Source of the DNA: Deltaproteobacteria bacterium
Lineage (GTDB): Bacteria; Desulfobacterota; Binatia; UBA12015
Assembly (NCBI GenBank): GCA_016874795.1
Contig: VGTG01000010.1
Span: forward strand, 9,740-73,739
Reading direction: 5' to 3'
DNA: 64,000 bases
Positions 25,204 to 40,174 of this stretch are shown here, piece after piece. The notes under the pieces are model-generated. The model saw only the letters and a list, made by a program, of their open reading frames with translations, was not told where the DNA came from and ran no database searches. Both the position numbers and the translations under genes were made by a program. Positions within the stretch are counted from its first letter, which is position 1. Each line of letters opens with the position of its first letter.

Positions 25204-25887
25204 GTGACCGAGCTCGGCTGGTGCTCTCTCGGTCGCGTCGAGTACGGAGCGGCGCGGCGCCTGCAGACGGAGCTCGCCGCGCGAAGGGCGCAGGGCGAGA
25301 TCGACGACATCCTGCTGCTGCTCGAGCACCCGCCGATCTTCACCATCGGGCGCCACGCGCCGTCGCCGGAGATCCCCGTGCGGACCGAGGTGCCGCTCGT
25401 GCGGACGGATCGCGGAGGCGACCTCACGTATCACGGCCCCGGTCAGCTCGTCGGCTACCCGGTGTGCGGGCTCCGCGGTCGGGGCGTGCGGCGCTTCGTC
25501 GACGCGGTCGAGCGCGCCCTCTGCGACGTCGCCTCCGCCCTCGGCGTCGAGGCGTTCTCGCGCGCCGGACTTCCGGGCGTCTGGATCGACCACGACGGCG
25601 ACGTGCGGAAGCTCGCCTCGATCGGCCTCGCCGTGCGGCGCGGTGTCACCCTGCACGGCTTCGCTCTGAACGTGGACCGTCGCGCGGAAGCGGGCTTCGC
25701 CGGGGTTGCGCCGTGCGGGCTCGCGGACGTGCGCGCGACGAGCCTGCAGTCTGCCGGTGCCGAGGTGCCGTCGGAGGTCGGGGAGATCGGCCCGACCGTC
25801 GCGCGCGCCCTCGCGGCGCGTCTTCGCTCGCCGTGGCGCGCGGATCCGATCGACGCGACCCAGCTCCGCGGCGCGGAGCTCCGGTGA
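25204..25887 (+). CDS. lipB: lipoyl(octanoyl) transferase
   Basis: ILLLLEHPPIFTIGRHA...RTDRGGDLTYHGPGQLVGYPV...KLASIGLAVRRGVTLHGFALNV. Confidence 0.9.
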   Translation: MTELGWCSLGRVEYGAARRLQTELAARRAQGEIDDILLLLEHPPIFTIGRHAPSPEIPVRTEVPLVRTDRGGDLTYHGPGQLVGYPVCGLRGRGVRRFVDAVERALCDVASALGVEAFSRAGLPGVWIDHDGDVRKLASIGLAVRRGVTLHGFALNVDRRAEAGFAGVAPCGLADVRATSLQSAGAEVPSEVGEIGPTVARALAARLRSPWRADPIDATQLRGAELR

Positions 25888-26864
25888 AGGACCTCGCGAG
25901 CACGCTCGAACGCTTCTCGGCTGGCGATCGCCGCGCCCTTGCGCGCCTGATCACGCTCGTCGAGAACCGCTCGTCCGCCGTGCCCGAGGTGATGCGCGCT
26001 CTCTACGCGCGAAAGGGCCGTGCGCGGATCGTTGGCTTGACGGGACCTCCGGGCGCCGGGAAGTCGACGCTCGGCGACCGCATCATCGCGTGCTTGCGCG
26101 AGCAGGGCCGGAAGGTCGGCGTCGTCGCGGTCGACCCGTCGAGCCCGTTCTCGGGCGGCGCTCTTCTCGGCGACCGCGTTCGCATGCAGGCGCATTTCCT
26201 CGACGAGGGCGTGTTCATCCGCAGCCTCTCGACACGCGGACGCCATGGCGGCCTCGCTCGTGCGACGCGCGAGGTCGTCCAGCTCCTCGACGCGTTCGGC
26301 TTCGACGACGTGCTCGTGGAGACGGTCGGCGTCGGGCAGACGGAGCTCGACGTCATGCGCCTCGCGCACACGACGCTCGTCGTGCTGGTGCCCGAGGCAG
26401 GCGACACGATCCAGGTGATGAAGGCGGGGTTGCTCGAAATCGCCGATGTCTTCATCGTGAACAAGGCCGATCGCGAGGGAGCCGGCCGTCTCAAGAACGA
26501 GCTCGAGGTGATGCTGGGTCTGCGCGGGGAATCCCGCTGGAGGGTACCGGTCCTGTTGACGGAGGCGACGGCGGGGAAGGGGATCGTGGAGGTCGTCGAG
26601 CAGATCGACGCGCACGCCGCGGCTCTTCACGCGGCCGGCGGCGACGACGGCAGCGAGACGCGCGTACGCGAGTGGGTCGAGATCCTGCGCGACGAGGTCG
26701 AGCAGCGGCTCTCCCTGGTGCTCGAGTCGGATGACTTCGCGGAGCTCGCGCGTGACCTTCGCGAGGACCACACGGATCCCTACAGCGCGGCGCTCGCCGT
26801 CTTGAAGGACCCCGAGCGTCTCGCCCGTGCGCTCGCCGGGAAGCGCGACCGGAGCGGCTCGTGA
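25884..26864 (+). CDS. meaB: methylmalonyl-CoA mutase-associated GTPase MeaB / ArgK family
   Basis: IVGLTGPPGAGKSTL...VVAVDPSSPFSGGALLGDRVRM...LVETVGVGQTELDV...FIVNKADREGA. Confidence 0.88.
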   Translation: MKDLASTLERFSAGDRRALARLITLVENRSSAVPEVMRALYARKGRARIVGLTGPPGAGKSTLGDRIIACLREQGRKVGVVAVDPSSPFSGGALLGDRVRMQAHFLDEGVFIRSLSTRGRHGGLARATREVVQLLDAFGFDDVLVETVGVGQTELDVMRLAHTTLVVLVPEAGDTIQVMKAGLLEIADVFIVNKADREGAGRLKNELEVMLGLRGESRWRVPVLLTEATAGKGIVEVVEQIDAHAAALHAAGGDDGSETRVREWVEILRDEVEQRLSLVLESDDFAELARDLREDHTDPYSAALAVLKDPERLARALAGKRDRSGS

Positions 26865-27592
26865 GCGGCGCGGACGGACGGCTCTTCTGCATCGGCGACG
26901 TGCACGGCTGTGTCGACGAGCTCGGGCGCCTGATCGACGACATCGCGCCCGAGGCGAACGATCGGATCGTGTTTCTCGGCGACTACGTGGACCGCGGCCC
27001 CGAAGTCGCCGCGACGATCGGCTTCCTGCTCGAGATCCGGCGGCACCTCCCGGAGACCGTCTTCCTCCGCGGCAACCACGAGGAGATGATGCTCGGCTTC
27101 CTCGGCGAGGGCGGCGAGCACGGCGACATCTTCGTGCGTGGCGGCGGCGCCGCGACGCTCGAGAGCTACGGCGTCGATCGTCACGATCGCGGCGCGGCGC
27201 GCACGCTGCGCGAGAAGATTCCCGCCGAGCACCTCGAGCTCCTGCGCGACCACCTGTCGCTGTGGCACTCGATCTCGCCCTGGGTGTTCGCGCACGCGGG
27301 CGTCCGTCCCGGGACGCCGATGCGCGAGCAGGAGCGGGAGGATCTCCTCTGGATCCGCGAGGATTTCCTGTCGCGCGAGCACGGCCTCGACACGACCGTC
27401 GTCTTCGGACACACGGCGCATCGTGACGTCGTCTTTTCGCCGTCGCGGCGAATCGCGATGGACACGGGCTGCGTCTACGGCGGGATGCTCTCCGCCCTCG
27501 ATCTGTCGCAGGGCGTTCTCCACCAGATCCGCCGCGGAGCCGGAAAAGTCGGCCGCCGCGACGTCGCCGAAGCGCTCGACCGCGCGATCTGA
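26861..27592 (+). CDS. PPP-family serine/threonine phosphatase / metallophosphoesterase (ApaH/PrpA-like)
   Basis: GDVHGCVDEL...FLGDYVDRGP...LRGNHE...GHTAH metallophosphatase motifs. Confidence 0.82.
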   Translation: MSGADGRLFCIGDVHGCVDELGRLIDDIAPEANDRIVFLGDYVDRGPEVAATIGFLLEIRRHLPETVFLRGNHEEMMLGFLGEGGEHGDIFVRGGGAATLESYGVDRHDRGAARTLREKIPAEHLELLRDHLSLWHSISPWVFAHAGVRPGTPMREQEREDLLWIREDFLSREHGLDTTVVFGHTAHRDVVFSPSRRIAMDTGCVYGGMLSALDLSQGVLHQIRRGAGKVGRRDVAEALDRAI

Positions 27593-27667
27593 GCGCGGGA
27601 GCGGGCCGGCTCCGTCCTTGAAGGCGGATGGTCCGCGTTGCTACGAACGCCAGGCGAAGCGCTGCGC

Positions 27668-27740
27668 GGCGACGTAGCTCAGTTGGTAGAGCAAGGGTCT
27701 CATAATCCCTGTGTCGGCAGTTCGATTCTGCCCGTCGCCA
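27668..27740 (+). tRNA. tRNA with CAT anticodon (elongator Met or lysidine-modified Ile2)
   Basis: GGCGACG acceptor with a G1-C72 pair (so not an initiator), D-arm GCTCAGTTGGTAGAGC, anticodon loop CTCATAA, T-arm GGCAGTTCGATTCTGCC. It lies immediately upstream of tilS. Confidence 0.75.
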
Positions 27741-27818
27741 TGTGCTCCCGCGGTGCCGCGTGGAGGAGGGTGCGCAACGGCGCCCCTGCACCCCTCCGGC
27801 CGGCGGCGCGAGCGTGGT

Positions 27819-29268
27819 GTGGTAGGGTTCCGAATCGTGGATCCCGTGTTCCAGCTCGAGCGTCGCGTCCGCCGCGAGATCGAGCGAGGGCGGCTCTTCG
27901 CACGAGGCGACCGCGTCGTCGTCGCGGTTTCGGGCGGTCCCGATTCGCTGACACTCCTCGCCATTCTGTCCTCGCTCGCTCGCGATCTCGATCTCGGGCT
28001 CGTCGTCGCGCATCTGAACCATCGGTTGCGGGGCGCTGCGGCGGATCGTGACGCGCTTCTGGTCGCGGCCCACGCGCGCGGTGCGGGGCTTCCGGTCGTG
28101 ATCGGGACGTGCGACGAGCTGGCGCTAGCGACGAGCGGCTTCGAGGAGCGTGCGCGCCGCGAGCGGAGCGCCTTCCTCGCGCGCGTCGCACGGGAGCACG
28201 AGGCGCGTGCGATCGCTCTCGGACACACGCTCGACGATCAGGCGGAGACGGTCCTGATGCGGCTCGGCCGCGGCGCCGGCCCGGCTTCTCTCGGCGCGAT
28301 GCGGGCTCGCCGCGAAGACGGCATCGTCCGTCCGCTGCTCCGGATCCGCCGCGCGGAGTGCGCCCGCTACCTCGAAGCGCGCGGTCTACGCGGCATCGTC
28401 GACGAGACGAACCTGGACGTACGCTTCACACGGAATCGGATCCGCCACCAAGTCCTTCCCGCGCTCGCCTCGGGCCTCGGTGTCGACGCGGCGGAGCGGC
28501 TCGCCGATCTCTCACGCCAGCTCCAGGTCGAGTCCGATCTCGCCGAAGCGGCGGTGGGTGTCCTTCTCGATCGCGAGCCGGGGCCCGATCTCGCGATCGG
28601 GACCGTATGTGGGGCCGGCGAGGCGGCGGGGCGGATCGTGCACGCATGGCTCGTCCGGCGGGGCCTCCGGCTCTCGCGGCGTCAGATCGAGGCGGTCGTG
28701 GACCTCGCCCGCCGAGGCGGACCCTCGGATGGGATCGACGCGGGAAGCGGCAACCGCGTTGCGCGTTGCTACGAGCGTCTCGTGGTCGTTCCCCTCCCGC
28801 GGGCGTCCCGCGATCTCCCCTTCGAGAGCCTCGAGTGGACGATCCCGGGTGCGATCGACCTGCCTTCGGGATGGCGCCTTTCCGCGGCACCGTGCCCCGA
28901 ACGTACCGTCGCCGCGTGCCCACCGTCGGGCGCGGATGCCGGCTGCGGTCTCGAGCTGACGATCCCCGCGGCGGCCCTTCCGGACGCGCTGACCGTTCGC
29001 CGTCCCCGACCGGGCGACCGGATCCGGCTCCGCGCCGGGCGGAAGAAGCTGTCGGACCTGCTCGTCGATGCTCGTGTGCCCAGGAACGAGCGTTCCTCGC
29101 TTGCGGTGGTGAGCAAGGGTGCCGATATAGTCTGGGTGCCGGGGATCGCAGCGGGCTGGACGGGCTCGGCGGCGGGCGCGGCGAGCGCCCTCGTGCTGCT
29201 GCGGGCCGAGCCCGTCGATTGCCGCCCCGGCGGACGCGTGGTAAAAAACCAGGAATTCCGGGTGTCTT

Positions 29269-29276
<8 letters not shown>
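27819..29276 (+). CDS. tilS: tRNA(Ile)-lysidine synthetase
   Basis: PP-loop [15 protein letters not shown]... and C-terminal ...[24 protein letters not shown]...IVWVPGI. The start is inferred as the GTG at 27819. Confidence 0.85.
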
Positions 29277-31107
<1,831 letters not shown>

Positions 31108-31222
31108 GCCACAGCCACCGACCACGGAGCCCGCGTCGTCCGCGTCGCGAAGCGCGGAGCCGGCGGGGGCTCGCTCGTCTTTCCCTCTCCCATGGGGTTC
31201 CACGGGACGCCGTGTGGGCGTC

Positions 31223-32032
31223 ATGGGCGTCGTCAACGCGACTCCCGATTCGTTCCACGCGGTGAGCCGGACGGAAGCCCGCGACGCGGCGGTCGCACGC
31301 GCCCTTCGTCTCGTGGACGAAGGCGCGGACGTGCTCGACCTCGGCGGCGAGTCGACGCGTCCGGGTGCGGCGCCGGTAGCGGCCGACGCGGAGAGCGCAC
31401 GCGTCGTCCCCGTGCTCGACGGCCTCCGGGGTCGCGTAACGGTCCCGATCTCCATCGACACCTACAAGGCCTCCGTGGCCCGCGCGGCGGTCGCGGCGGG
31501 GGCTTCGATCGTCAACGACGTGAGCGGCGGCCTCCTCGATCCGGCGATGCCGGAGACCGTGGCGCAGCTCGGCGTCGTCGCGATCGTGGGACACCTCCGC
31601 GGCACGCCGGCGACGATGCGCGAGAGGGCGCGCTACGCGGACGTCGTGCGCGAGGTCGCAGGCGAGCTCGCGGAGCGGGTCGCCACGTTCCGCGCGGCCG
31701 GCGTCGCAGCGGAGAAGCTCTGGATCGACCCGGGGTTCGGCTTCGCGAAGAACCACGAGCACAACCTCGCGCTCCTCGACGGCCTCGGCGAGATCGCAGG
31801 GCTCGGCCAACCGGTCGTGGTCGGCCTCTCGCGCAAGCGATTCCTCGGCGACATCCTTCGCGGCCAGGGGCTCGGAGGGGAGGACACGGACGACCGCCTC
31901 GAAGCTTCGCTCGCGGCGGCGACGCTCGCGGCGGCGCGTGGCGCCATTCTCGTACGAACGCACGACGTCGCGCCGACGCGGCGGGCGATCGCGCTCGTCG
32001 ACGCGCTCCGCGGATCTCGCGAGGGGATCTGA
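31223..32032 (+). CDS. folP: dihydropteroate synthase
   Basis: VMGVVNATPDSFHAVS...DLGGESTRPGA...WIDPGFGFAKNHEHN; ftsH-folP synteny. Confidence 0.9.
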   Translation: MGVVNATPDSFHAVSRTEARDAAVARALRLVDEGADVLDLGGESTRPGAAPVAADAESARVVPVLDGLRGRVTVPISIDTYKASVARAAVAAGASIVNDVSGGLLDPAMPETVAQLGVVAIVGHLRGTPATMRERARYADVVREVAGELAERVATFRAAGVAAEKLWIDPGFGFAKNHEHNLALLDGLGEIAGLGQPVVVGLSRKRFLGDILRGQGLGGEDTDDRLEASLAAATLAAARGAILVRTHDVAPTRRAIALVDALRGSREGI

Positions 32033-32781
32033 TGGAGGCGATCTACCAGAACCTCCGCTTCGCGGATGCCGCGGACATCCTGATCATCACGATCCTGATC
32101 TACTGGCTGATCAACCTGATCCGCGGCACGCGCGCGGTGCAGATGCTGATGGGCCTGCTCGTCGTCGGCGGTCTGTTCGCGGCTTCGCAGTACTTCGAGC
32201 TGTACACGCTCGGGTGGATCCTGAGCAATTTCCTATCCTCTCTGCTCCTCGTGATCGTCGTGCTCTTCCAGAACGACATCCGCCGCGCCTTGACGCGCGT
32301 CGGGCGCGGCGGGTTCTTCGGCGGCGACCGAGCGCGGCGTGGCCAGATGATCGACGAGATCGCGCGCGCGGCGGTGCTTCTCGCGAACCGTCGCGTCGGC
32401 GCGCTGATCGCGCTCGAGCGCGAGGTGGGCTTGACGGAGTACCTCGAGGCGGGAACGCCGATCGACGCGGAGGTGAGCCGCGAGCTGCTGACGGCGATCT
32501 TCCTGCCGCAGTCGCCCATCCACGACGGCGCGGTCGTCGTGCGCCAGGGGCGGATCACGGCGGCGGGCTGCTTTCTGCCATTGACCAGCAGCCCGATCGT
32601 CAGCCGCTCGCTCGGGAGCCGCCACCGCGCGGCGATCGGGCTCACGGAGGAGACCGACGCCGCAGTGATCGTCGTGTCGGAGGAGGAAGGGCAGATCTCC
32701 CTCGTCCGCGAGGGCCGGATCGCGCGCGATCTCGACGCGAATGGCCTGCGCACGAGCCTCGCCGAGCTGGCGCTGCCGTGA
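32032..32781 (+). CDS. cdaA: diadenylate cyclase CdaA (DisA_N/DAC domain, membrane-anchored)
   Basis: N-terminal TM helices, then DAC-domain motifs ...GALIALERE..., HDGAVVV and RHRAAIGLTEETDAAVIVVSEEEGQISL. Confidence 0.88.
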   Translation: MEAIYQNLRFADAADILIITILIYWLINLIRGTRAVQMLMGLLVVGGLFAASQYFELYTLGWILSNFLSSLLLVIVVLFQNDIRRALTRVGRGGFFGGDRARRGQMIDEIARAAVLLANRRVGALIALEREVGLTEYLEAGTPIDAEVSRELLTAIFLPQSPIHDGAVVVRQGRITAAGCFLPLTSSPIVSRSLGSRHRAAIGLTEETDAAVIVVSEEEGQISLVREGRIARDLDANGLRTSLAELALP

Positions 32782-33784
32782 GCGAGCGCCGCGAGCGCCG
32801 CGCCCGAAGGCTGGGAAGCGGCCTCTTCTGGGCGGATCTCGGGACGTGGCTCCTCGCGTTCACGCTCGCGGTCGGGCTCTGGTTCTTCGTCAATGCCGGA
32901 GCGCGAACGAGCGAGCGGACGCTGCGCGTCCGTCTCGATCTCGTCCATCTCCCGTCGGGAATGGTGATCACGAATCCGGTTCCCGACTACGTCGAGGTGC
33001 GCGCCAGCGGGTCCGGGTTGATGCTTTCCAGCATCGACGCGAAGGACGTCCGCGTCAGCCTCGACCTCGGAGGCGTCCGGCCGGGGCTCGTGAGCTACAC
33101 GCTGAGCGCTCGCGACTTCGGCCTGCCGCGCAACGTCGAAGTGGATCGCGTCACGCCCTCGCGCGTCAGTCTGCAGGTCGACCGTCTGAAGCAGCGCAAC
33201 GTACCGGTGCGCCTCGAGTATCAGGGCGTCCTCCCCAACGACCTGCGCATCGTCGAGGCGCAGGTCCTGCCCGCAGGGATCGCGGTGACGGGCCCGCGCA
33301 CGCGCATCGAAGATCTGCTCTCGATCGAGACGGCTCCGGTCGATCGCGCCTCGCTGAGCCCCGGCGTGAACGAGCGAACGCTCGACGTCCTGAGCCCGGG
33401 CGGGCTGCTGCAGATCCCGCGGACCGCGGTCGCCGCGCAGATCGTCGTCGAGCGCGACCTCCGCGAGCGCGTCTTCGAAGACGTCCCGATCGAGCTGAAG
33501 GGCGAGCGTCCGCGCTGGCGTCTCGCGCTCGAGCGCCTCCGCCTCGTCGTGCGCGGCCCGGCGAGCGAGATGGCCCAGCTCGAGCTCGCGCCGGGCGCCG
33601 TCTACGTCGATCCGACGGGCCTCACGGGAGACGAGCCGCGCGAGGTTCGCCCGGAGGTGACCCTGCCGCCGGGCTTCGAAGTCGTTACTCTCGAGCCGGA
33701 GACGGTCGGGCTTTCGCCCGTCCCGCCCGCGACCGATGATACCGGCGTGCCGGAGCCGACCGCCGGAAGCAGGGGAGAGAAAGC

Positions 33785-33788
<4 letters not shown>
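32778..33788 (+). CDS. cdaR: CdaA regulatory protein CdaR (YbbR-like domain protein)
   Basis: N-terminal TM followed by YbbR-type repeats; the gene sits between cdaA and glmM as in the cdaA-cdaR-glmM operon. GTG start overlaps the cdaA stop. Confidence 0.75.
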
Positions 33789-35146
<1,358 letters not shown>

Positions 35147-35169
35147 GCGGCTCGCGACGGAGGCTCGCC

Positions 35170-36768
35170 ATGCGGCTCGTGACCTCCGAGCAGATGCGGC
35201 AGCTCGACGCTCGCACGATCGCGCTCGGGACGCCGGGGCTCGAGCTCATGGAGCGAGCCGGCATGGGCGTGGTCGAGCGCATCCTCGCGCGCCAAGCGGC
35301 CGCCGTCCGTCGCGGCGTGCTCGTGGTCGCCGGCGCCGGGAACAACGGCGGCGACGGCTTCGTGATCGCACGCGGGCTCGCGCAGCACGGCTACCGCGTC
35401 GCCGTGGCCCTGCTCGCCGATCCCGAGAAGATTGGTGGCGACGCGCAGACGAACCTCGAGCGCTGGCGTCGTCGGCGCGGAAAGCTCCTCACGCTCGCGG
35501 ATCGGCCCGAGGATCTCGGCGCTGCGATCGACGGCGCGGGCGTCGTCGTCGACTGTCTCCTCGGGACCGGTCTCCGTCGCGAGGTCCGCGGGCCTCTTGG
35601 CGTCGCGATCGAGGCGATCAATCGAGGGCGCGATGTGGCGGACTTTGGACGACGAGCGGTGGTCGTCGCCGTCGACCTTCCCTCCGGGCTCGACGGGGAT
35701 CGCGGCGAGCCGCTCGGCTGCGCGGTGCGTGCCGATCTCACGGTCACGCTCGGAGCCGTCAAGCTCGGGCTCGTTCTGCCGGCAGCGCGCGCGTGGGTCG
35801 GTGATCTCGAGCTCGTCGACATCGGCATCGGCGAGCAGGCCTTCGCAGAGATCGAGCCGGTCGCCGAAGCGGGAGACGCCGATGCTTCGCGTGCGCTCCT
35901 CCCGAAGCGCGAAGCTACGAGCCACAAGGGGACGCACGGCCATCTGCTCGTCGTCGCAGGCTCGGTCGGGAAGAGCGGTGCCGCGATCCTCGCGGGACGC
36001 GCCGCTCTTCGGAGCGGAGCCGGTCTCGTCACGGTCGCCTGCCCGGAAGCCGTACGACCACTCGTCGCGGGCGCGCTCCCCGAGCTGATGACGGACGGCA
36101 CCGGCACGTTCTCGAGCGCGGAGTGGCACGCGCGGCTCGAAGGAAGGAAGGCCGTCGTGGTCGGACCCGGTCTCGGGACGGAGCTCGCCGCGACGCGGCT
36201 CGTCCGCTGGCTCGTGCAGCGCTCGGAGCAGCCGCTCGTCGTCGATGCGGACGGGCTGAACGCGCTCGCCGGCTCGCTCGAGGTGCTCTCACGCGCACGC
36301 GGCGGCGTCGTCTTGACGCCGCATCCCGGTGAGATGGCGCGCCTCGTCGGAGCGACGGTCGGCGAAGTGCAGGGCGACCGCGTCGCGCAGGCGACGTCGC
36401 TCGCGAAGCGCTGCGGCGCGGTCGTCGTCCTGAAGGGAAGCGGAACGGTGATCGCGGCTCCGGACGGCCGTCTCCGCATCAATACGAGCGGCGGCCCGAT
36501 TCTCGGTACGGGGGGCACGGGAGACGTCCTTTCGGGCCTCATCGGCGCTCTCCTCGCGCAAGGTCTCGCGCCCTTCGAGGCGGCTTGCCTCGGCGTCTAC
36601 CTGCACGGTCTCGCCGGCGATCGGCTCGCGCGGCGCCTCGGCGACGCGGGCCTCCTCGCCTCGGAGCTCGCGGACGAGATCCCGCTCGCGCGTCGCGAGC
36701 TGCAGGAGGGCGAGCCGCGGCCGCTCGCGCGAGCCCCCGTCCGGCGTTTGCCCAAGAGGAGCCGCTGA
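35170..36768 (+). CDS. nnr: bifunctional NAD(P)H-hydrate repair enzyme Nnr (epimerase + ADP-dependent dehydratase; YjeF)
   Basis: [16 protein letters not shown] (YjeF-N) and [25 protein letters not shown]...[11 protein letters not shown] (carbohydrate kinase domain). Confidence 0.9.
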   Translation: MRLVTSEQMRQLDARTIALGTPGLELMERAGMGVVERILARQAAAVRRGVLVVAGAGNNGGDGFVIARGLAQHGYRVAVALLADPEKIGGDAQTNLERWRRRRGKLLTLADRPEDLGAAIDGAGVVVDCLLGTGLRREVRGPLGVAIEAINRGRDVADFGRRAVVVAVDLPSGLDGDRGEPLGCAVRADLTVTLGAVKLGLVLPAARAWVGDLELVDIGIGEQAFAEIEPVAEAGDADASRALLPKREATSHKGTHGHLLVVAGSVGKSGAAILAGRAALRSGAGLVTVACPEAVRPLVAGALPELMTDGTGTFSSAEWHARLEGRKAVVVGPGLGTELAATRLVRWLVQRSEQPLVVDADGLNALAGSLEVLSRARGGVVLTPHPGEMARLVGATVGEVQGDRVAQATSLAKRCGAVVVLKGSGTVIAAPDGRLRINTSGGPILGTGGTGDVLSGLIGALLAQGLAPFEAACLGVYLHGLAGDRLARRLGDAGLLASELADEIPLARRELQEGEPRPLARAPVRRLPKRSR

Positions 36769-36843
36769 GCGAATCGAACGGGGTTTCCACGCACGTGCGC
36801 GCGCGATGCAGCGGGAAGGGCAGGTTGTTAAGCTCGCGAGATC

Positions 36844-37320
36844 GTGACCCTGGAGACCCATTCGGAGGAGGCGACCGAGGACGCCGGCGAGCGCATCGGG
36901 CGCGCGCTGTCGCGCGGCGCCGTCGTGGGCCTGATCGGGCCGCTCGGGGCGGGCAAGACGGTGCTCGTCCGGGGCATCGCTCGCGCGTGCGGGGTCGACG
37001 AATCCGAGGTCGCGAGCCCGACGTTCCTGACCGCGGCCGAATACGGCGGACGCCTCCCGGTGGTGCACATCGACCTCTATCGCCACGCGGCCGTCCCCCC
37101 CGATCCCGAGTGGCTCGCGGAGCTGATCGATGGCGACGGTGTCGCCGTCATCGAATGGTTCGAGCAGCTTCCGGACGCCGATCGGCTCGACGCGCTCGTC
37201 GTCGAGATCGCGCCGGGAGCCGAGGACGATCATCGCACGCTCCGCGTCGCGGCGCGCGGCGCGCGCTCGGACGCGGCGCTCCGGGCGCTCGCGGGCGAGG
37301 GAAGCGGGGCCGCCGCGTGA
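36844..37320 (+). CDS. tsaE: tRNA threonylcarbamoyladenosine biosynthesis protein TsaE
   Basis: [20 protein letters not shown]...SPTFL...[14 protein letters not shown]; follows yjeF as in many genomes. Confidence 0.88.
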   Translation: MTLETHSEEATEDAGERIGRALSRGAVVGLIGPLGAGKTVLVRGIARACGVDESEVASPTFLTAAEYGGRLPVVHIDLYRHAAVPPDPEWLAELIDGDGVAVIEWFEQLPDADRLDALVVEIAPGAEDDHRTLRVAARGARSDAALRALAGEGSGAAA

Positions 37321-38549
37321 GGCCGCTCGTCGTCCAGAAGTACGGCGGCACCTCCGTCGGCTCGATCGAGCGGATCCAGGAGGTCGCCCGCCGCGTCGCC
37401 CGGACGGCGAGCGAGGGCAATCGCGTGATCGCGGTCGTCTCGGCGATGTCCGGCGAGACCGACCGTCTCCTCGGGCTCGCTCGCGGGCTTTCGCCGCGGC
37501 CGACGGCGCGCGAATCGGACGTCGTCGTCGCGAGCGGCGAGCAGGTGAGCGCGGCCCTTCTCTCGATCGCTCTGCACGAGCGCGGCGTGAAGGCGTGCTC
37601 GTTCCTGGGACACCAGATCCGGATCCACACGGACGACGCGCACGGGCGCGCGCGCATCACCGCGATCGACGGCGACCGGCTCTGCGGCTTCCTCGACGGC
37701 GGGGACGGCGTCGCGGTCGTCGCGGGGTTCCAGGGCGTCAATCCGGCGGGAGACATCACGACGCTCGGTCGCGGCGGCTCGGACACGACCGCGGTCGCGG
37801 TCGCGGCGGCGACGTCCGCCGACGTCTGCGAGATCTACACGGACGTCGACGGCGTCTACACGACGGACCCGCGCATCTGTCCGAGCGCGCGCAAGCTCGA
37901 GCGCATCTCGTACGACGAGATGCTGGAGCTCGCGAGCCTCGGCGCGAAGGTCCTGCAGATCCGCTCGGTCGAGTTCGCGAAGCGCTACGGCGTTCGCGTG
38001 CACGTGCGGACGAGCTTTGCGGAGGACGAGGGAACCTGGGTGGTTCCCGAGGAGTCGACGATGGAAGACGTTCTGGTCTCGGGCGTGGCTTATGATCGCG
38101 ACCAGGCGAAGATCACCTTGACGCGCGTGCCGGACCGTCCAGGCCTCGCGGCTCGCCTGTTCAGTCCGATCGCCCAGCAGGGAATCGTCGTCGACATGAT
38201 CATCCAGAACGTCGGGCTCGACGGCTCGACGGACCTCACGTTCACGGTGCCGCGCGCGGACACCGACAAGGCTCTCGAGATCGCGAGCGAGGTGAGCCGC
38301 GAGGTCGGCGCGGGTGCGGCTCGCTCCGAGGGCGACATCACCAAGGTCTCCGTGGTCGGGCTCGGGATGCGCAACCATGCCGGCGTCGCCGCGCAGGTGT
38401 TCGAGACCCTCGGCCGCGAGGGCATCAACATCCAGATGATCTCGACCTCCGAGATCAAGGTCTCGGTGGTGATCGACGCGAAGTACACGGAGCTCGCGGT
38501 GCGCGTGCTGCACGACAAGCTCGTCGGCGACGGCGGGGCGACGACGTGA
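37317..38549 (+). CDS. lysC: aspartate kinase
   Basis: [17 protein letters not shown]...[12 protein letters not shown]..., with C-terminal ACT domains. Confidence 0.92.
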   Translation: MRPLVVQKYGGTSVGSIERIQEVARRVARTASEGNRVIAVVSAMSGETDRLLGLARGLSPRPTARESDVVVASGEQVSAALLSIALHERGVKACSFLGHQIRIHTDDAHGRARITAIDGDRLCGFLDGGDGVAVVAGFQGVNPAGDITTLGRGGSDTTAVAVAAATSADVCEIYTDVDGVYTTDPRICPSARKLERISYDEMLELASLGAKVLQIRSVEFAKRYGVRVHVRTSFAEDEGTWVVPEESTMEDVLVSGVAYDRDQAKITLTRVPDRPGLAARLFSPIAQQGIVVDMIIQNVGLDGSTDLTFTVPRADTDKALEIASEVSREVGAGAARSEGDITKVSVVGLGMRNHAGVAAQVFETLGREGINIQMISTSEIKVSVVIDAKYTELAVRVLHDKLVGDGGATT

Positions 38550-40168
38550 GACGCGTCGAGATCTACGACACCACGCTGCGCGACGGCTGCCAGGGCGAGG
38601 AGGTCGATCTCACCGTCGAGGCGAAGCTCGCGATCGCAGAGCGGCTCGACCAGTTCGGCGTCCGCTGGATCGAAGGCGGTTGGCCCGGCTCGAACCCGCG
38701 CGACGCGGCGTTCTTCGGGCCGGCGATGAAGCTCGGCTTGAAGAGCGCGCAGGTCGTCGCGTTCGGTTCGACGCGGCGGGCGAACGTCCGCGCCGAGGAC
38801 GACGAGAACCTCGCGATGATCCTCCGCGCCGGGACGCCGGCCGCGTGCATCGTCGGAAAGACGTGGGATCTGCACGTCCGGACGGCTCTCCGGATCTCGC
38901 GCGAGGAGAACCTCGACCTGATCCGCGACTCGATCCGGTTCCTGCGAAAGAACCTCGACACGGTGATCTTCGACGCCGAGCACTTCTTCGACGGTTGGCG
39001 CGCCGATCCCGAGTTCAGCCTCGAATGCCTTCGCGCTGCCTCCGACGGCGGAGCGACGCTCCTCTGCCTCTGCGACACGCGAGGCGGGAGCTTGCCGGGA
39101 GACGTCGCGGCCGGCGTCGCGGCGGCCCGGTCGGCGGTTCCGACGCCGCTCGGGATCCACTGCCACAACGACGGCGAGATGGCGGTCGCGAACTCGATCG
39201 CCGCCGTCCAGGCGGGCTGCCTGCAGGTTCAGGGCACGATCAACGGCCTCGGCGAGCGTTGCGGAAACGCGAACCTCGTCTCGATCGTGCCGAACCTGCA
39301 GCTGAAGCTCGGCTACGAGTGCGTCTCGTCCGAGCAGCTCCGGAACCTCGCCGAGCTCGCGCACTTCGTCGACGAGCTCGCGAATCGCGAGCCGGCGAAG
39401 CAGCAGCCGTACGTCGGACAGAGCGCCTTCGCCCACAAGGCGGGGCTGCACGCTTCGGCAGTGCAGCGGCACTCCGAGACGTACGAGCACATCGATCCCG
39501 CGCTCGTCGGGAACCACCAGCGCGTTCTCGTCTCCGATCAGGCGGGTCGCTCGAACCTGCTCTACAAGGCGAAGGAGCTCGGCGTCGACCTCGCAGAGCT
39601 CGAGCCGAAGGTCGCGGAGGTCCTCGAGGAGCTGAAGCGCCTCGAGCATCGCGGCTTCCAGTTCGAGGGAGCGGACGCGTCCTTCGAGCTCCTCCTCCAG
39701 AAGGCGATCAAGGGCGAGAAGCTGAAGCACTTCGAGCTCGTCGGCTTCCGCGTCATCAACGAGAAGCGGAACGAGGAGGATCCCGGCGTCGCGGAGGCCA
39801 CGATCATGGTGAAGGGGCCGGACGGCACGCCGGAGCACACGGCTTCGCTCGGCAACGGTCCCGTGAACGCGCTCGACAACGCGCTGCGGAAGGCGCTGGC
39901 GAAGTTCTACCCCGCGATCGAGAACGTCCGCCTCGTCGACTACAAGGTCCGCGTCCTGGACGACAAGCACGGAACCGAAGGCCTCGTCCGCGTGCTCGTC
40001 GAGTCGAGCGACCACGTCGACCACTGGACGACCGTCGGGGTCTCGCCGAACGTCCTCGAGGCGAGCTGGCAGGCCCTCGTGGACTCGATCGATTACAAGC
40101 TCTACAAGGACGAGAAGGCACGCCGGGGCCGGACGGCTCCGGTCGCTCCGCGGGCGAGCACGGGCTGA
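38546..40168 (+). CDS. 2-isopropylmalate synthase / (R)-citramalate synthase family (long form with LeuA dimerisation domain)
   Basis: [48 protein letters not shown]...[13 protein letters not shown]. Confidence 0.85.
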   Translation: MRRVEIYDTTLRDGCQGEEVDLTVEAKLAIAERLDQFGVRWIEGGWPGSNPRDAAFFGPAMKLGLKSAQVVAFGSTRRANVRAEDDENLAMILRAGTPAACIVGKTWDLHVRTALRISREENLDLIRDSIRFLRKNLDTVIFDAEHFFDGWRADPEFSLECLRAASDGGATLLCLCDTRGGSLPGDVAAGVAAARSAVPTPLGIHCHNDGEMAVANSIAAVQAGCLQVQGTINGLGERCGNANLVSIVPNLQLKLGYECVSSEQLRNLAELAHFVDELANREPAKQQPYVGQSAFAHKAGLHASAVQRHSETYEHIDPALVGNHQRVLVSDQAGRSNLLYKAKELGVDLAELEPKVAEVLEELKRLEHRGFQFEGADASFELLLQKAIKGEKLKHFELVGFRVINEKRNEEDPGVAEATIMVKGPDGTPEHTASLGNGPVNALDNALRKALAKFYPAIENVRLVDYKVRVLDDKHGTEGLVRVLVESSDHVDHWTTVGVSPNVLEASWQALVDSIDYKLYKDEKARRGRTAPVAPRASTG

Positions 40169-40174
40169 GGCTCG